Shown in pieces: positions 1 to 9,872 of a stretch of DNA of 64,000 bases (position 1 is the first letter of the stretch; each line of letters starts with the position of its first letter). The DNA is taken from IMG/VR virus record IMGVR_UViG_3300037067_027626; one strand, 5' to 3'. The translations under genes and the position numbers were made by a program. Origin of the DNA: a virus. Its lineage: Duplodnaviria > Heunggongvirae > Uroviricota > Caudoviricetes. The notes under the pieces were generated by a model, which ran no database searches, was not told the DNA's origin, and was given only the letters and a program-made list of their open reading frames with translations.

Positions 1-1011
1 CTAATACACAACTTGTTTAACTTCTTCTTTTGGTGTTTCTAGATTCATAACTGCTTTGTGATAATACATCCACTTGTTATTATATTCTCGGCATACATCA
101 AGACAGTTATTCTCGCATATTTTATCTAATTTGGTATCGTGAGTATTAAACCATATCTCTCTTTCTTTTCTCGTGTTCTCACCAATAACCCCTATCGGTT
201 TACCCATCTCTCGCATATAAATCACACAGGGATAATGGTACTTCCCACCAATGGCAATATCATCAAGAACCAACGGGCATCTATTCGTATCGGTTTCTCT
301 AATTCCTCTGACATGGATACCATTTTTAATATTCTGAATCCTATATTTTAATATCGGATGTTTATTAATTATTTCTTCAGGCAAACCAACAAGCATGTTT
401 AATGCTTTATTGTATTGTGCAGATGGAATTATTCTAATATCGGCTACACCTAAAGTATCTGCAAATATTACGGATTCAACACACTCATTAACATTTAGTT
501 CGGTGAATACCATACCAACCGTTACATAAGTTAATTGAGATAGGTATTTAATATTCTCAACTACTTTTTCCCAAAGCCCGTGTATTCCACCCGCCATAAT
601 ATTCCCCGTTGAGCAACAACCCCCATCAAGCGAAATAGAAAAATCATTAACACCACATGATATAAGATGTTTATAACAGTCTAAATCAGCCGTTCCGTTA
701 GTTGATAATGCAATTCGTTTAACCTTATTTTCTTTGCAGTAATATACTAACTCACCCAAAGAAGAATATAAAGTAGGTTCGCCACCAGTAAAACGAACAT
801 TTACCAAACCCTCATTAACCCATAATTTAAGTATCTTCATAGCAATAAAAGGGTTCATATCGCCTTTATGGATTGTTCCTCTACAATAAGGACACTTAAA
901 ATTACACCTGTCTGTAATGAGTAATTCACATCTTTGTAATGGGGATATAGTTGAAGATGTTCTTGCCCTAATTTCAGATAAAGTATAAAATCCTATATCT
1001 TCTAATTTCAT
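1..1011 (-). CDS. Radical SAM enzyme, MoaA/twitch-like (C-terminal extra Cys cluster)
   Basis: Has the CNFKCPYC (CX3CX2C) radical SAM motif near the N-terminus. A GGEPTL glycine-rich SAM-binding motif and an STNGT segment follow. Four to five C-terminal Cys suggest an auxiliary cluster. A stop codon sits at window positions 1-3. Confidence 0.6.
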   Translation of the reverse strand: MKLEDIGFYTLSEIRARTSSTISPLQRCELLITDRCNFKCPYCRGTIHKGDMNPFIAMKILKLWVNEGLVNVRFTGGEPTLYSSLGELVYYCKENKVKRIALSTNGTADLDCYKHLISCGVNDFSISLDGGCCSTGNIMAGGIHGLWEKVVENIKYLSQLTYVTVGMVFTELNVNECVESVIFADTLGVADIRIIPSAQYNKALNMLVGLPEEIINKHPILKYRIQNIKNGIHVRGIRETDTNRCPLVLDDIAIGGKYHYPCVIYMREMGKPIGVIGENTRKEREIWFNTHDTKLDKICENNCLDVCREYNNKWMYYHKAVMNLETPKEEVKQVVY

Positions 1012-1042
1012 TTTCTTATTCCTTAAAGATTCATCAGATTAT

Positions 1043-1414
1043 TTATATTCTCCCACCGCATGAAATACACATCTTTATGACCTTATCCTCTTTCCTCCAG
1101 ATTAAAGGACTCTCTAAATATTCTACGGGAAGTTTTTCTATATGAGGTTTTTTACATCTAGGGCAAAGGCATCGTGTGTTGTGAATTTCTCCCGAAAGTT
1201 GTACTTTCATTCTTGCCCTATTTCCATCTCCATACTCTGTCTTTTCTTTATCAGGGTCAGAACTAATATTCTTTGTTTGGGCAAATATCGTTCTGCCTGC
1301 TAGGTATTTAGCCGCCCACATCTTTCCTTTTCTGTGCGCTTTTTTCTGCGACATTATATGTTGAGCCAGAGTTTGATAATCAGGAAAGTCTTTATTACAA
1401 GAATGACAAAGCAT
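1043..1414 (-). CDS. Cys-rich zinc-ribbon protein, hypothetical
   Basis: Contains the pairs CHSC...CLCPRC...CISCGG. The ORF is compact and lies in the minus-strand operon. Confidence 0.4.
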   Translation of the reverse strand: MLCHSCNKDFPDYQTLAQHIMSQKKAHRKGKMWAAKYLAGRTIFAQTKNISSDPDKEKTEYGDGNRARMKVQLSGEIHNTRCLCPRCKKPHIEKLPVEYLESPLIWRKEDKVIKMCISCGGRI

Positions 1415-1428
1415 TTTTATCCTCTCTT

Positions 1429-1710
1429 TTAAGTATCTTGGTCTATCCAGACACCGATATTGTCTTCAGTATTCCACGCTTTTAGCCATTCATCTAAACA
1501 ATCCTCTATTTGCCATTTCTTTTTCATGGTATAAGCACCACTTATTTTATCTTTGGCTTTGCACATCATTGACCTTAAATATCTGAATATTGAAGCGTGA
1601 ACATCATCAGTAACTAATATTGCGTTGGTAGTTACGTATACAGGTATATATCCTGCATCTTTTTGATAACTTAATATAGGGAAAACTTTGCGTGATAACT
1701 TTAACTGCAT
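1429..1710 (-). CDS. hypothetical protein
   Basis: A 93-aa ORF packed in the minus-strand gene array. Confidence 0.35.
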   Translation of the reverse strand: MQLKLSRKVFPILSYQKDAGYIPVYVTTNAILVTDDVHASIFRYLRSMMCKAKDKISGAYTMKKKWQIEDCLDEWLKAWNTEDNIGVWIDQDT

Positions 1711-1884
1711 AGCCCCATTCCAAATTTGGCAAACACAAACCCCATTATCATCTTCGGCAAATGCGGGTTCAAGTGTATATTCAAACTCATATTAGCTTTC
1801 CTCACGCTTAGCACTTATCTGCCTTACTTTACCTAGAGGATAACCGCCATTGTCATTCATCGCTAAGTATAATTTAACAGTCAT

Positions 1885-2160
1885 TTAATATATCCTCATT
1901 CCTAATCTTCGCCTACGGTTTTCATCTTCCCGTTGCAATCTTTCGTGGCGAACTTGGGAAGCCGCCACTTCAGCATCATTCCTAGCACGTTGCACTTCTT
2001 GTTGGGCATAATATACTTTTTGGTGAGTTTGTTGCTCGATATATCTAATGTCATCGTTAACATCTTCAATTTGCTGTTGAAGTAATTCAATTACAGCGTC
2101 CTTTTCAGTATTAAGTTGGCGATAATATTTGAATCTCATTCTAATCTTTTCAACGTTCAT
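1885..2160 (-). CDS. hypothetical coiled-coil protein
   Basis: Charged, heptad-like sequence (QQQIEDVNDDIRYIEQQ). The overlapping 1902..2090 ORF is treated as spurious. Confidence 0.35.
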   Translation of the reverse strand: MNVEKIRMRFKYYRQLNTEKDAVIELLQQQIEDVNDDIRYIEQQTHQKVYYAQQEVQRARNDAEVAASQVRHERLQREDENRRRRLGMRIY

Positions 2161-2233
2161 TTAGCAACCTCCCTAAGTAATTCGGGGTTTTCTGTAATGT
2201 TACCAATAACCTCTACGAACATATCATTCTCAA

Positions 2234-2428
2234 TTATGTATTCTCCAATAGATTCTTATTGGCGATTATCTCTCCTTTGATAAGAGCAACACCTTCATAA
2301 AAACCATTGCCACTAGGCTTAACTTCTTTTAGGGTGATTTCATATTCCTTGCGTGCTTCTGATTCATTATCAAATTGATTTACCGATATACCATCGTAAC
2401 CCATATCTATAAGAACAAAGTATTTCAT
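2234..2428 (-). CDS. hypothetical protein
   Basis: A 64-aa ORF with an ATGA overlap to the upstream gene, suggesting translational coupling. Confidence 0.35.
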   Translation of the reverse strand: MKYFVLIDMGYDGISVNQFDNESEARKEYEITLKEVKPSGNGFYEGVALIKGEIIANKNLLENT

Positions 2429-2673
2429 TCTCTTTCAACCAAATGCCAAGTATTTTTATATTTTCCCCCAAATACAGATGGCTCTTTAAACTCTACATCT
2501 TGAGCAAAATAAACAGCATCATCTAAAAAGACTTGCCCATTAACTATCCCTTTTTGTTTATCTTTAACTCTAGTTATAATCATCGGGTATTCTTCTCCTT
2601 CTTGAATATTGTAATATTGGGCAATTTCCCCTACTACGTAATGTGCTATTCTGCCAGCGATTAAACCTTGCAT
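2425..2673 (-). CDS. hypothetical protein
   Basis: An 82-aa ORF that overlaps its neighbour by 4 nt. Confidence 0.35.
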   Translation of the reverse strand: MQGLIAGRIAHYVVGEIAQYYNIQEGEEYPMIITRVKDKQKGIVNGQVFLDDAVYFAQDVEFKEPSVFGGKYKNTWHLVERE

Positions 2674-2675
2674 AG

Positions 2676-2918
2676 TTATAAACCTCCAATACCGACTTTT
2701 CTATCGGGCATATAAGGTTCAAGGTGACTTTCGCACCGTTGCCCTTTTCTACACGGATGTAATTTACAGGAATGCCCCCAACCCTTACTTTCGTCTTCCC
2801 TAATTTCCTCATCAGTAAAGATATGCAAACATTCTTCACATACCCATATTCTATACTCATCTGGCGGTAAGTTTTCCACACCATGTGGATGTTTATGTTC
2901 TGGATAATTTATATTCAT
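2676..2918 (-). CDS. Cys/His-rich small protein
   Basis: Contains CEEC...HSC..HPC motifs. The alternative-frame ORF 2570..2884 is rejected. Confidence 0.4.
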   Translation of the reverse strand: MNINYPEHKHPHGVENLPPDEYRIWVCEECLHIFTDEEIREDESKGWGHSCKLHPCRKGQRCESHLEPYMPDRKVGIGGL

Positions 2919-3039
2919 TTTTAACCTCTTTAATAAAATCCTTAATAGACGGTAAACATTTCTTGCAATACAATTTCCAATTTGGGTTTTCTTCTCCTGT
3001 ATTTGGGATTTCTTTACCGCACTTACAACACTTAGCCAC

Positions 3040-3306
3040 TTAACTTCTATCCCATAACATCATACAATAATTAGCTACGTCTACTAATTCTTTTTTGACT
3101 GTTGCTTTATTTTTATCAATCCATTCTTGAGAATAATTATTGTGCCACGCAAAATATTCCCCCAGTTCTTCAATCAGGCGGTGCTCAAGAAAACTAATAG
3201 GGCAATCCTGCCACCCGCCTTTATGGTCATTCTTGCACAAAACTTCATCCATTGCTTTGGCGAACTCTATTACTTGGGGATGCTTTATACTATTTAATCC
3301 TTCCAT
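3040..3306 (-). CDS. MazG-like nucleotide pyrophosphohydrolase domain protein
   Basis: An 88-aa protein matching the pattern KHP..A....L.KN.KGG.W....L.RL.EELGE....ELVDVANY, which is typical of small phage MazG/DUF1599-like proteins. Confidence 0.4.
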   Translation of the reverse strand: MEGLNSIKHPQVIEFAKAMDEVLCKNDHKGGWQDCPISFLEHRLIEELGEYFAWHNNYSQEWIDKNKATVKKELVDVANYCMMLWDRS

Positions 3307-3319
3307 CGTTAATCTCCTT

Positions 3320-4087
3320 TTAATTTACCGCCATTTTACTTGACCCGAAGTATTTAAGGGCTTCTATAAGTTTTTCTTCTGTAGTTCCATTTGGTACTTT
3401 AGACTCTGCGATATTTGCCCCCTGCTTTGATTCTTTTGAATTATAACCAAGATTAGATAATGCCCCCACTACTTCGTTATAATTTGATTCCTCATCTATC
3501 GGAGATGAATCAGGATTGACCTTGTTGCCCAAATATGCTATGCTATCATTATAGCGATTCGGTAGGAGCACTCCCGTAGCGTCAAGGGACCTGCCAGCGT
3601 GGGTATCGCTACCCTTAAACGCTTTGGTGGCAGTCGCTAAGAATCCCTCGAAATTATTCGAGTGGAGTGTCAAGGGGTTTCTTACTTTGGGGATTTTTAA
3701 AGGCTTCTCTTTATACTCTTTAACTGTTTCAAACTCTATGCGGTCTGCAAGTGTCGGCTCATGTTTCCTTCTCCTGATTCTCCCCACATAATAGGCAACC
3801 ACTAAGACCAAGGCGAAGAACCCGCCCGTCTGCCAGAAGATATAGAACTGGTGCTTGAATATAGTTATCCTGCCCAAATAAAAGAGAACCACAAATAACA
3901 AGATAGCCCCGATTACATCCATAATAATCATGGCTTTCTGTTTTTTGAAGTTCTCTTTTATAGGTTTTGATGAACCAAGGAATTTCGCTAATCTGAATAT
4001 CGGGAATAATAAAGAGTCAAGAATAAAATAACCCTGTTTTTCTGTACTTGATTGTCTAGTAGACATCGTAGCACCCCCGTTAATCAT
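3320..4087 (-). CDS. membrane protein carrying the shared FLATATKAFKGSDTHAGRSLDATGV module
   Basis: The N-terminal half has two to three hydrophobic TM segments. The middle contains a 97-nt block identical to one in ORF 11348..12226. Confidence 0.4.
   Translation of the reverse strand: MINGGATMSTRQSSTEKQGYFILDSLLFPIFRLAKFLGSSKPIKENFKKQKAMIIMDVIGAILLFVVLFYLGRITIFKHQFYIFWQTGGFFALVLVVAYYVGRIRRRKHEPTLADRIEFETVKEYKEKPLKIPKVRNPLTLHSNNFEGFLATATKAFKGSDTHAGRSLDATGVLLPNRYNDSIAYLGNKVNPDSSPIDEESNYNEVVGALSNLGYNSKESKQGANIAESKVPNGTTEEKLIEALKYFGSSKMAVN
3550..3646. repeat. copy 1 of a 97-nt near-identical block (2 mismatches) shared with 12103-12199
   Basis: The block tatagcgattcggtagg[a/g]gcactcccgtagcgtcaag[g/a]gacctgccagcgtgggtatcgctacccttaaacgctttggtggcagtcgctaagaatcc occurs twice. 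Flanking DNA diverges, but the encoded peptides stay similar. Confidence 0.7.
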
Positions 4088-4304
4088 AATACTTTTTATG
4101 TTGCCAAGTTGGTAGAATAATAGTTTCCCTATGTATCTTCCTTTTCATATTAGCACTTAATTCACCGAATTGGTCAAATAAATCTTTCTGCAACACTGCG
4201 AAATTTCTTATGCCATTTTCGGGACAGTTCCCATTACATCCATTCGTATAATGGGAACAATGCCCCACATTGTCGAAGTCGATTATCCAGTGAGGAGTAC
4301 ACAA
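4080..4304 (-). CDS. hypothetical Cys-rich protein
   Basis: A 74-aa ORF containing CSHYTNGCNGNC. Confidence 0.3.
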   Translation of the reverse strand: MCTPHWIIDFDNVGHCSHYTNGCNGNCPENGIRNFAVLQKDLFDQFGELSANMKRKIHRETIILPTWQHKKYYD

Positions 4305-4306
4305 GG

Positions 4307-4732
4307 TTAGTCATCTCCTGTGTCCACCGCATTCCCATCTTCATCGACTAATTTTTCAGAGTCATCCCTAATAACTTTTTCCGCATCTACGGATTTGCCC
4401 GATAACCTTAACTGCTCATCTTTGGCCATGGGGCGTTTTTCTACGATTTCCCCATCATTGGGATTCGTGAAAATTATATCTTCTTTCTCATAAGTTATCA
4501 CGCAGTCTACTGGTCTCATCTCATATCCTGAACGAATCTTTTCTGCACAGGAATTAACCACTCCTTCTTTGGTGGCTATATCCGCTTTAATACTTGTCTG
4601 TGCGGATTTTAGTTGGTCGAGCTTCTCATTAATTTCCGCAGAGGCTCTTGCCATCTTCCTTGAAATGTCCAGTAACTCCTTGTCTGTAAACTCATGTTTT
4701 AAGAACCGTGTCTCCGTTAGAATGTTGTCCAT
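4307..4732 (-). CDS. hypothetical acidic protein
   Basis: A 141-aa ORF with a D/E-rich C-terminus. Confidence 0.4.
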   Translation of the reverse strand: MDNILTETRFLKHEFTDKELLDISRKMARASAEINEKLDQLKSAQTSIKADIATKEGVVNSCAEKIRSGYEMRPVDCVITYEKEDIIFTNPNDGEIVEKRPMAKDEQLRLSGKSVDAEKVIRDDSEKLVDEDGNAVDTGDD

Positions 4733-4756
4733 TACTTTTTTAAATCCTCTCCTTTT

Positions 4757-5116
4757 TTATTTATTATGCTTTGTGTGCATATGGCGTTCTACATTAACAA
4801 AGTGCCTATGACATTCAGGGCATACACCATTCATAATTCGCTTCTTTGTTTTAGATATTTGACTTAAAGCACCATTTAATTGTGTCTCTGTTTGAGTTAA
4901 TTTATTTTGTGTTTCTATTAATTGTTCCCTTAACTTTTCTGCTTCAGTCTTACTAATATAACTTTGAGGATGACCATTAGGGCAGTAGAATGTTCTATGG
5001 GTTTCCAATAATCCCTGCCTTAAAGAATTGGTTAATGCAAAAAGTACTCCACAATTACAACATTCCTCTGTTACAAAAGTAGTTTGTGTTTTTGTTGTTA
5101 TAGATTCTACTCCCAT
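4757..5116 (-). CDS. zinc-finger protein
   Basis: Contains the pairs CCNC...C.NGH and CPEC. Confidence 0.4.
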   Translation of the reverse strand: MGVESITTKTQTTFVTEECCNCGVLFALTNSLRQGLLETHRTFYCPNGHPQSYISKTEAEKLREQLIETQNKLTQTETQLNGALSQISKTKKRIMNGVCPECHRHFVNVERHMHTKHNK

Positions 5117-5242
5117 TTAATTTTCTCCTTTAAATTCTTTTCTTGCATTCAGGGCAGATATTTAGTTTTAATTTATTGTTGATTTCTGAGGGTACTACTT
5201 CTTTACCACAATTAGGACACATAATTTTTTTATTTAACATCT

Positions 5243-6343
5243 TTACCATCCATCATTATGACTTTCTATTTGAGGTTTATTATCTTTCTTTTGAAAGCCA
5301 GTATTATTGTTCTTGCGGTAACTCACACCCCCCATTTTTATAAAACCGTCTTTGCCACACATCTCTCTTAATCTGTCGGCACAAGCCCCACCTATATGTG
5401 CTTCCAGTTCATCGAGATTTAGATTAGTTGTTATAATAATAGGCAACCCATTTGTATACCGTGAATCTATTATGCGGAAATAAACACTCTGGACAAAACT
5501 CAAATCTTTAGGTTTAACCTTGCCTATATCGTCTATGATAAGTAGATTTACTTTTTCGTATTGTTGGTAAACCGATTCCTCATTCTCGCCACTTTGATTG
5601 AATGTTGCCCTAATCCTTGCAAATAATTGCGTTTCTGAAACATACAGAATGGGGCAACGGTAATAAATTATTCCACTGTTAGACACATATCCTATATCAC
5701 TCTTATTTATGATATTATTTATTACCGCACAGACTAAGTGCGTTTTGCCAATACCGTAAATATTAGGGGAATATAATAAGACGGATAAACTATCCTCATA
5801 CTTATATTGAGACAGATAATTATAGGCTTTTAACTGTAATTTACTTTCGTAGTTATCAAATGTTTTTTCTTTAAATAACGAGGGGATATTACTTGACTCA
5901 ATCCATTTCTTTTTCGTTTGCGGTGTTAAATATTGTAATTCTTTATCCCATCTTTCTTTATAGGATTTCTCTATCTCTTTTTGCTTTTCTTGTTCTTTTA
6001 ACTTTTCTGCCGCTATTTCTTTATCGAAATTACCTAACGCCAGTTTAACATCGCAATTTTGTTTGCCTAATAATTGATTAACTATCTTCACTGTGGCTTC
6101 TGTGTTCCCTTTTAATTTTTCTAAATGCAACGCATATCTAGCGGAAAGGACTACTTCTTTATCGTCTAAATAATCTAACCTAGTTCCTCTTAAACAAGCA
6201 ACTATCGGAGTAGTTTGTAATTCTTGAGAGGCATTATTCAAACATGTTTTCCAGTAAGATTGGAGATTATTGCTCGATGTCTGAGAATGCTCCATTTGGT
6301 CTTTGCCCTGCGATTTCTTTAGTATCTCGTTTATTGATTCCAT
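5243..6343 (-). CDS. DnaC/IstB-like AAA+ helicase loader
   Basis: Walker A motif GIGKTHL and Walker B motif LLIIDDIG are present. The start was moved from 6385 to the Met at 6343, which has AAAGGA 9 nt upstream. It still overlaps the upstream gene. Confidence 0.65.
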   Translation of the reverse strand: MESINEILKKSQGKDQMEHSQTSSNNLQSYWKTCLNNASQELQTTPIVACLRGTRLDYLDDKEVVLSARYALHLEKLKGNTEATVKIVNQLLGKQNCDVKLALGNFDKEIAAEKLKEQEKQKEIEKSYKERWDKELQYLTPQTKKKWIESSNIPSLFKEKTFDNYESKLQLKAYNYLSQYKYEDSLSVLLYSPNIYGIGKTHLVCAVINNIINKSDIGYVSNSGIIYYRCPILYVSETQLFARIRATFNQSGENEESVYQQYEKVNLLIIDDIGKVKPKDLSFVQSVYFRIIDSRYTNGLPIIITTNLNLDELEAHIGGACADRLREMCGKDGFIKMGGVSYRKNNNTGFQKKDNKPQIESHNDGW

Positions 6344-7118
6344 ATTTATCATTCCTTTGATTTTCTTCTTTAAATTTTTGTGCATTTTCTAGCCAATTTC
6401 GCCATGCTGTTTTAGGTAGTTTTAATATTTTTTTTGTTTTGTTTTCCCACCATTCTTTAAATAATATAAGTTCATTATTGCAATCTATTAATGGATACTT
6501 ATTTATTAAGTTATAAAAATAATTATAAAAATCATCATCTAATTTTAAGTGTTGTATGTATTCTATCTTTTGTATTCTATCTTTTGTAATATTTTCTTTA
6601 GTATCTTTTGTATCTGACATGGGTGTCACTATATTTACGCTTTGGGGAGTGACATTGGTGTCAGAGGGGGAGTGACAATCTTGGCACTGTTCTGTGTTAT
6701 TTTTGTCATTGATAGTAGTGTCATTGTCAATAGTATCACTGATAAGTGTGTCAATGTCATGTGTGTCAGTGTCAATAGTGTCATGGGGTAATTTATATTG
6801 GTAGCCAACCCATTGGGAATAATCTTTTTGTAATCCATATTCATTAATTCCACCGTTTTTATTTTTAGTGATGATATTGGCACTACATAGATTATTAAGA
6901 GAACGGCATATAACTCTTGGCGGTATCCCAGTTAATTGAGAAAATTGGGATATACTAATTTTGTCTGATTTTTTATGGTATCCATATGTTTTGCGAATTA
7001 GAACACACAATATAGGGAAGTCATATTTGGATGTTATTATATTCCATAATCTTCCAAATTGGTCTAATAATTCATTGGCTATAGATGTATAACCGTCTTC
7101 TAGTTGTGGGTTGGGCAT
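6267..7118 (-). CDS. phage replisome organizer / DnaD-like replication initiation protein
   Basis: The N-terminal winged-helix region (NGYTSIANELL...IRKTYGYHKKSDKISISQFSQLTGI..R.V.RSLNNL) matches the replisome organizer N-domain of Firmicutes phages. Confidence 0.55.
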   Translation of the reverse strand: MPNPQLEDGYTSIANELLDQFGRLWNIITSKYDFPILCVLIRKTYGYHKKSDKISISQFSQLTGIPPRVICRSLNNLCSANIITKNKNGGINEYGLQKDYSQWVGYQYKLPHDTIDTDTHDIDTLISDTIDNDTTINDKNNTEQCQDCHSPSDTNVTPQSVNIVTPMSDTKDTKENITKDRIQKIEYIQHLKLDDDFYNYFYNLINKYPLIDCNNELILFKEWWENKTKKILKLPKTAWRNWLENAQKFKEENQRNDKYGINKRDTKEIAGQRPNGAFSDIEQ

Positions 7119-7717
7119 ATCATATCCTCTGATAAGTAGTCTGTTACGTTATTTATGTGTTCTGTTGTTATTTTATAATGGCAATGCCGATGAGTTATTC
7201 TACAGTTGTTCATCGTGTTATTGTTGCGATTCCAGTCATTGTGGTGAGCATCTATTAAGGAGTTTGATATATGTTCGCTACAATATTCACAAGGTAGATA
7301 TTTATATTTAGCGAGGAGAGAACTGATACGCTGTTCTTTAATGAGACTCCATAATTTATTATTACTAATAGGGTAGGGGGTCTGTTTTATTTTTGGGTTA
7401 TAGTCTTTCCATTTTGTATAATCTTCTTGTAGCCCATAAATTGTTGTGTATGATTGTTTGTCTTTTGTGATTATATTACTTTCAAAGAGGTTATTGAGCG
7501 ACCTACAAACAAGGCGTTGATTAATACCTGTTATTTGAGCAAATTGCCCTAAACTAATTTTGTCTGATTTTTTATGATACCCATATGTTTTGCGAATTAA
7601 TGCTAATAAAACAGGCATATCATATATGGATTTAAGTATTGTCCATAGACGAGGGAATTGTTCCATTAATTCATTAGCGATAGAGGTGTAACCATCTTCT
7701 AGTTGTGGTTTTGGCAT
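7100..7717 (-). CDS. replisome-organizer N-domain paralog fused to an HNH-like C-terminal domain
   Basis: The first ~90 aa are about 65% identical to ORF 6267..7118. The C-terminus carries CEYC...DAHHNDWNRNNN...N...HRHCH, an HNH-type motif. Confidence 0.5.
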   Translation of the reverse strand: MPKPQLEDGYTSIANELMEQFPRLWTILKSIYDMPVLLALIRKTYGYHKKSDKISLGQFAQITGINQRLVCRSLNNLFESNIITKDKQSYTTIYGLQEDYTKWKDYNPKIKQTPYPISNNKLWSLIKEQRISSLLAKYKYLPCEYCSEHISNSLIDAHHNDWNRNNNTMNNCRITHRHCHYKITTEHINNVTDYLSEDMICPTHN

Positions 7718-7722
7718 GACAG

Positions 7723-7914
7723 TTATCCCTCTTTGTTTTTATTACTATTATGTAAGAGTAGTAGATATGCTTCCTCCTCAATCCTCACTACACCACCAAT
7801 TTTGAGGGCTTTTAGTTTACCCTCCTTTATCCAATCTCTTATACATTGGTCGGTTACTTTAAGTTTCTCGGCTATCTCGTTAATGGTAAATAATTCCCCC
7901 ATAAAATACCTCAC
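7723..7914 (-). CDS. excisionase-family (Xis/MerR-like) helix-turn-helix DNA-binding protein
   Basis: A 63-aa protein with FTINEIAEKLKVTDQCIRDWIKEGKLKALKIGGVVRI, which is the Xis HTH signature. Confidence 0.5.
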   Translation of the reverse strand: MRYFMGELFTINEIAEKLKVTDQCIRDWIKEGKLKALKIGGVVRIEEEAYLLLLHNSNKNKEG

Positions 7915-8016
7915 TAATCATAACTAATAACAACGTGTAGAAATATTTAACAATGATTCTATATAAAAGTATAGCACTAAATCAATCCTTGTCAATCCGT
8001 ATTTTCAAAAATATTT

Positions 8017-8850
8017 TTATTGTACTGAGGGAAATTCTTGACGTAGATTTCTCATTGGTTCGTTAGAATGTGGTTCAGGCGATGTTAATGAATGGTCGCC
8101 TGTAATAGCAAATTGTTTTCCTGCCCATTCAGGAAACGAATAAATATTATGGGTATTCTCTCTTAATAAAGTTGTTAAATTATTTTTGAGGAACACTGGT
8201 ACTTTTGCTTTATAGCAAGCGTCTACTATCTCTTTTATCCATTCATATCTTGGGGGATTTTTACCACTAGACCAACCACCAATTGCCACCCAATTAATCC
8301 CCATGCCTTTTAACGAAAAGACTAAGTCATCTTTGCTCATTCCCCAATTCGTTAAAGGTTCGATAGACAACCAAGCGTGTTTAGACCTTACATCTATCAT
8401 CGGTTTATAGGCTTCTGTTAACGCTACGTCATCACACACAGTTACGCCACAATAAGCATTGTCAGGGAATATTCCCCATTTCTGATAACCGTCAGGATTC
8501 TTTGTTAGAAAAAAGAATTGATGCCGATGGCAATCCTTAATAACATCGAAAACTTTTGTTTTTAAATCTTTACCATAAGGCGATTCTTTTGTAGCACACA
8601 TTGTTGTTGGTGAAACCCACTCTCCAAACAAATCCCCTGTAAAGCAAACACCTATTCGTGATGGTTTCTTTAGAGATAAAGGCTCTAATAACTTTTCAGG
8701 ATGTAAAGTTGGTTCAAAACTTTTCCCAAATCTATGAGCCATACTTCTCGCCCAACACTTATCAGCAACAGAGCAAACATCTAAGCCGTGACGGCATCCA
8801 CTGTAGAAATTCCAACAAGTGTCAAGATATTCGATTCCTGTTTTCTGCAT
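8017..8850 (-). CDS. phage Gp37/Gp68 family protein (DUF5131)
   Basis: The N-terminal WNFYSGCRHG..C..C.KCWA Cys motif and overall length match DUF5131. Confidence 0.55.
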   Translation of the reverse strand: MQKTGIEYLDTCWNFYSGCRHGLDVCSVADKCWARSMAHRFGKSFEPTLHPEKLLEPLSLKKPSRIGVCFTGDLFGEWVSPTTMCATKESPYGKDLKTKVFDVIKDCHRHQFFFLTKNPDGYQKWGIFPDNAYCGVTVCDDVALTEAYKPMIDVRSKHAWLSIEPLTNWGMSKDDLVFSLKGMGINWVAIGGWSSGKNPPRYEWIKEIVDACYKAKVPVFLKNNLTTLLRENTHNIYSFPEWAGKQFAITGDHSLTSPEPHSNEPMRNLRQEFPSVQ

Positions 8851-8851
8851 A

Positions 8852-9820
8852 CTATTTTCCTACATCACCAAGAGTAATATTCTGTCCTTGCGGAACTACC
8901 CATACCTTAACTTCATCACCCATTCTGTCTATAAAGATATACTGTAACACATTATCCGTTAATGTCTCCTCAATCTTTTTATTTGCGGAAACCTGTGCAT
9001 CGGTTACGATTTGAATAGACTGTGCTTCACCATTAGCTCTTGCAATTGCCGCATTAGCCTGTCCTACTGCCGCCGCTTCTACCTGTTGTGCCTCAATCTT
9101 AATCTGCTCTAGTTTGATTTGGGCTTGCAGCAAAGACTGTTGTTGTGAAACCTTTGCCTCAATAGCCTTGGTGAATTCATCAGAGAATTCAAAATTAGTA
9201 ATATTAACAACTTCCGTGATTATGCCACGTTCCAATAATCTTGATGATAGTGCGGTTGAAATTGCCTCTTTAACCTCAGCCCTGCGGGTTATCATATCCT
9301 CCGCATTAAACTTGGCGGTGATTTCTTTTACGATTTCCTGTATGGCAGGATGGGCAATAACTTCAATATAGTTCTTGCCAATTGTCCTGTATACCGTGAC
9401 CGATTCCGAAGGGCTTAATTTGTAGTTTATTGCTACCTTAGTCATTACATCTTGTAGGTCTTTACTGGCGGCGGTAGAGTCAGTTTCAAACTTCTGTGTT
9501 TGAATATTCATCAGGATTACTTTATCTATGGGGGATTTTGATTTTAACCCTTGCTCAAGATACGTTCCTGTAGTAGCACCAAAGCGAGTGACCACACCAA
9601 CATTACCCAGTGGCACGATGACTATAACGGTGAGCATTAGCCCGACAATACCGAGGGCTATTCCTCCGATACCTAATGATATTTTAACTCCCTTGCTTAT
9701 ACCGTCAGTTTCACTCACATTACCGTGTCTGTCCTCTTTAATTTTTTTAATGGGGATAAAAATACAACCTAATAATAAAATTAATCCTACTGTACCAATG
9801 AACCAACCTGTTAATGCCAT
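8852..9820 (-). CDS. SPFH/band-7 (prohibitin/HflC-like) membrane protein
   Basis: An N-terminal TM helix is followed by an SPFH core and a long Ala/Gln-rich coiled coil (EAKVSQQQSLLQAQIKLEQIKIEAQQVEAAA). Confidence 0.6.
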   Translation of the reverse strand: MALTGWFIGTVGLILLLGCIFIPIKKIKEDRHGNVSETDGISKGVKISLGIGGIALGIVGLMLTVIVIVPLGNVGVVTRFGATTGTYLEQGLKSKSPIDKVILMNIQTQKFETDSTAASKDLQDVMTKVAINYKLSPSESVTVYRTIGKNYIEVIAHPAIQEIVKEITAKFNAEDMITRRAEVKEAISTALSSRLLERGIITEVVNITNFEFSDEFTKAIEAKVSQQQSLLQAQIKLEQIKIEAQQVEAAAVGQANAAIARANGEAQSIQIVTDAQVSANKKIEETLTDNVLQYIFIDRMGDEVKVWVVPQGQNITLGDVGK

Positions 9821-9872
9821 TTTAATAAATCTCCTTTTGTTTATTTAACATTTAACTTTATTCCTTATTTGA

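Noticed and set aside
2570-2884. 104-aa ORF overlapping 2425..2673 and 2676..2918 in another frame
   Set aside because: The in-frame, non-overlapping gene pair with 4-nt coupling is the more parsimonious reading.
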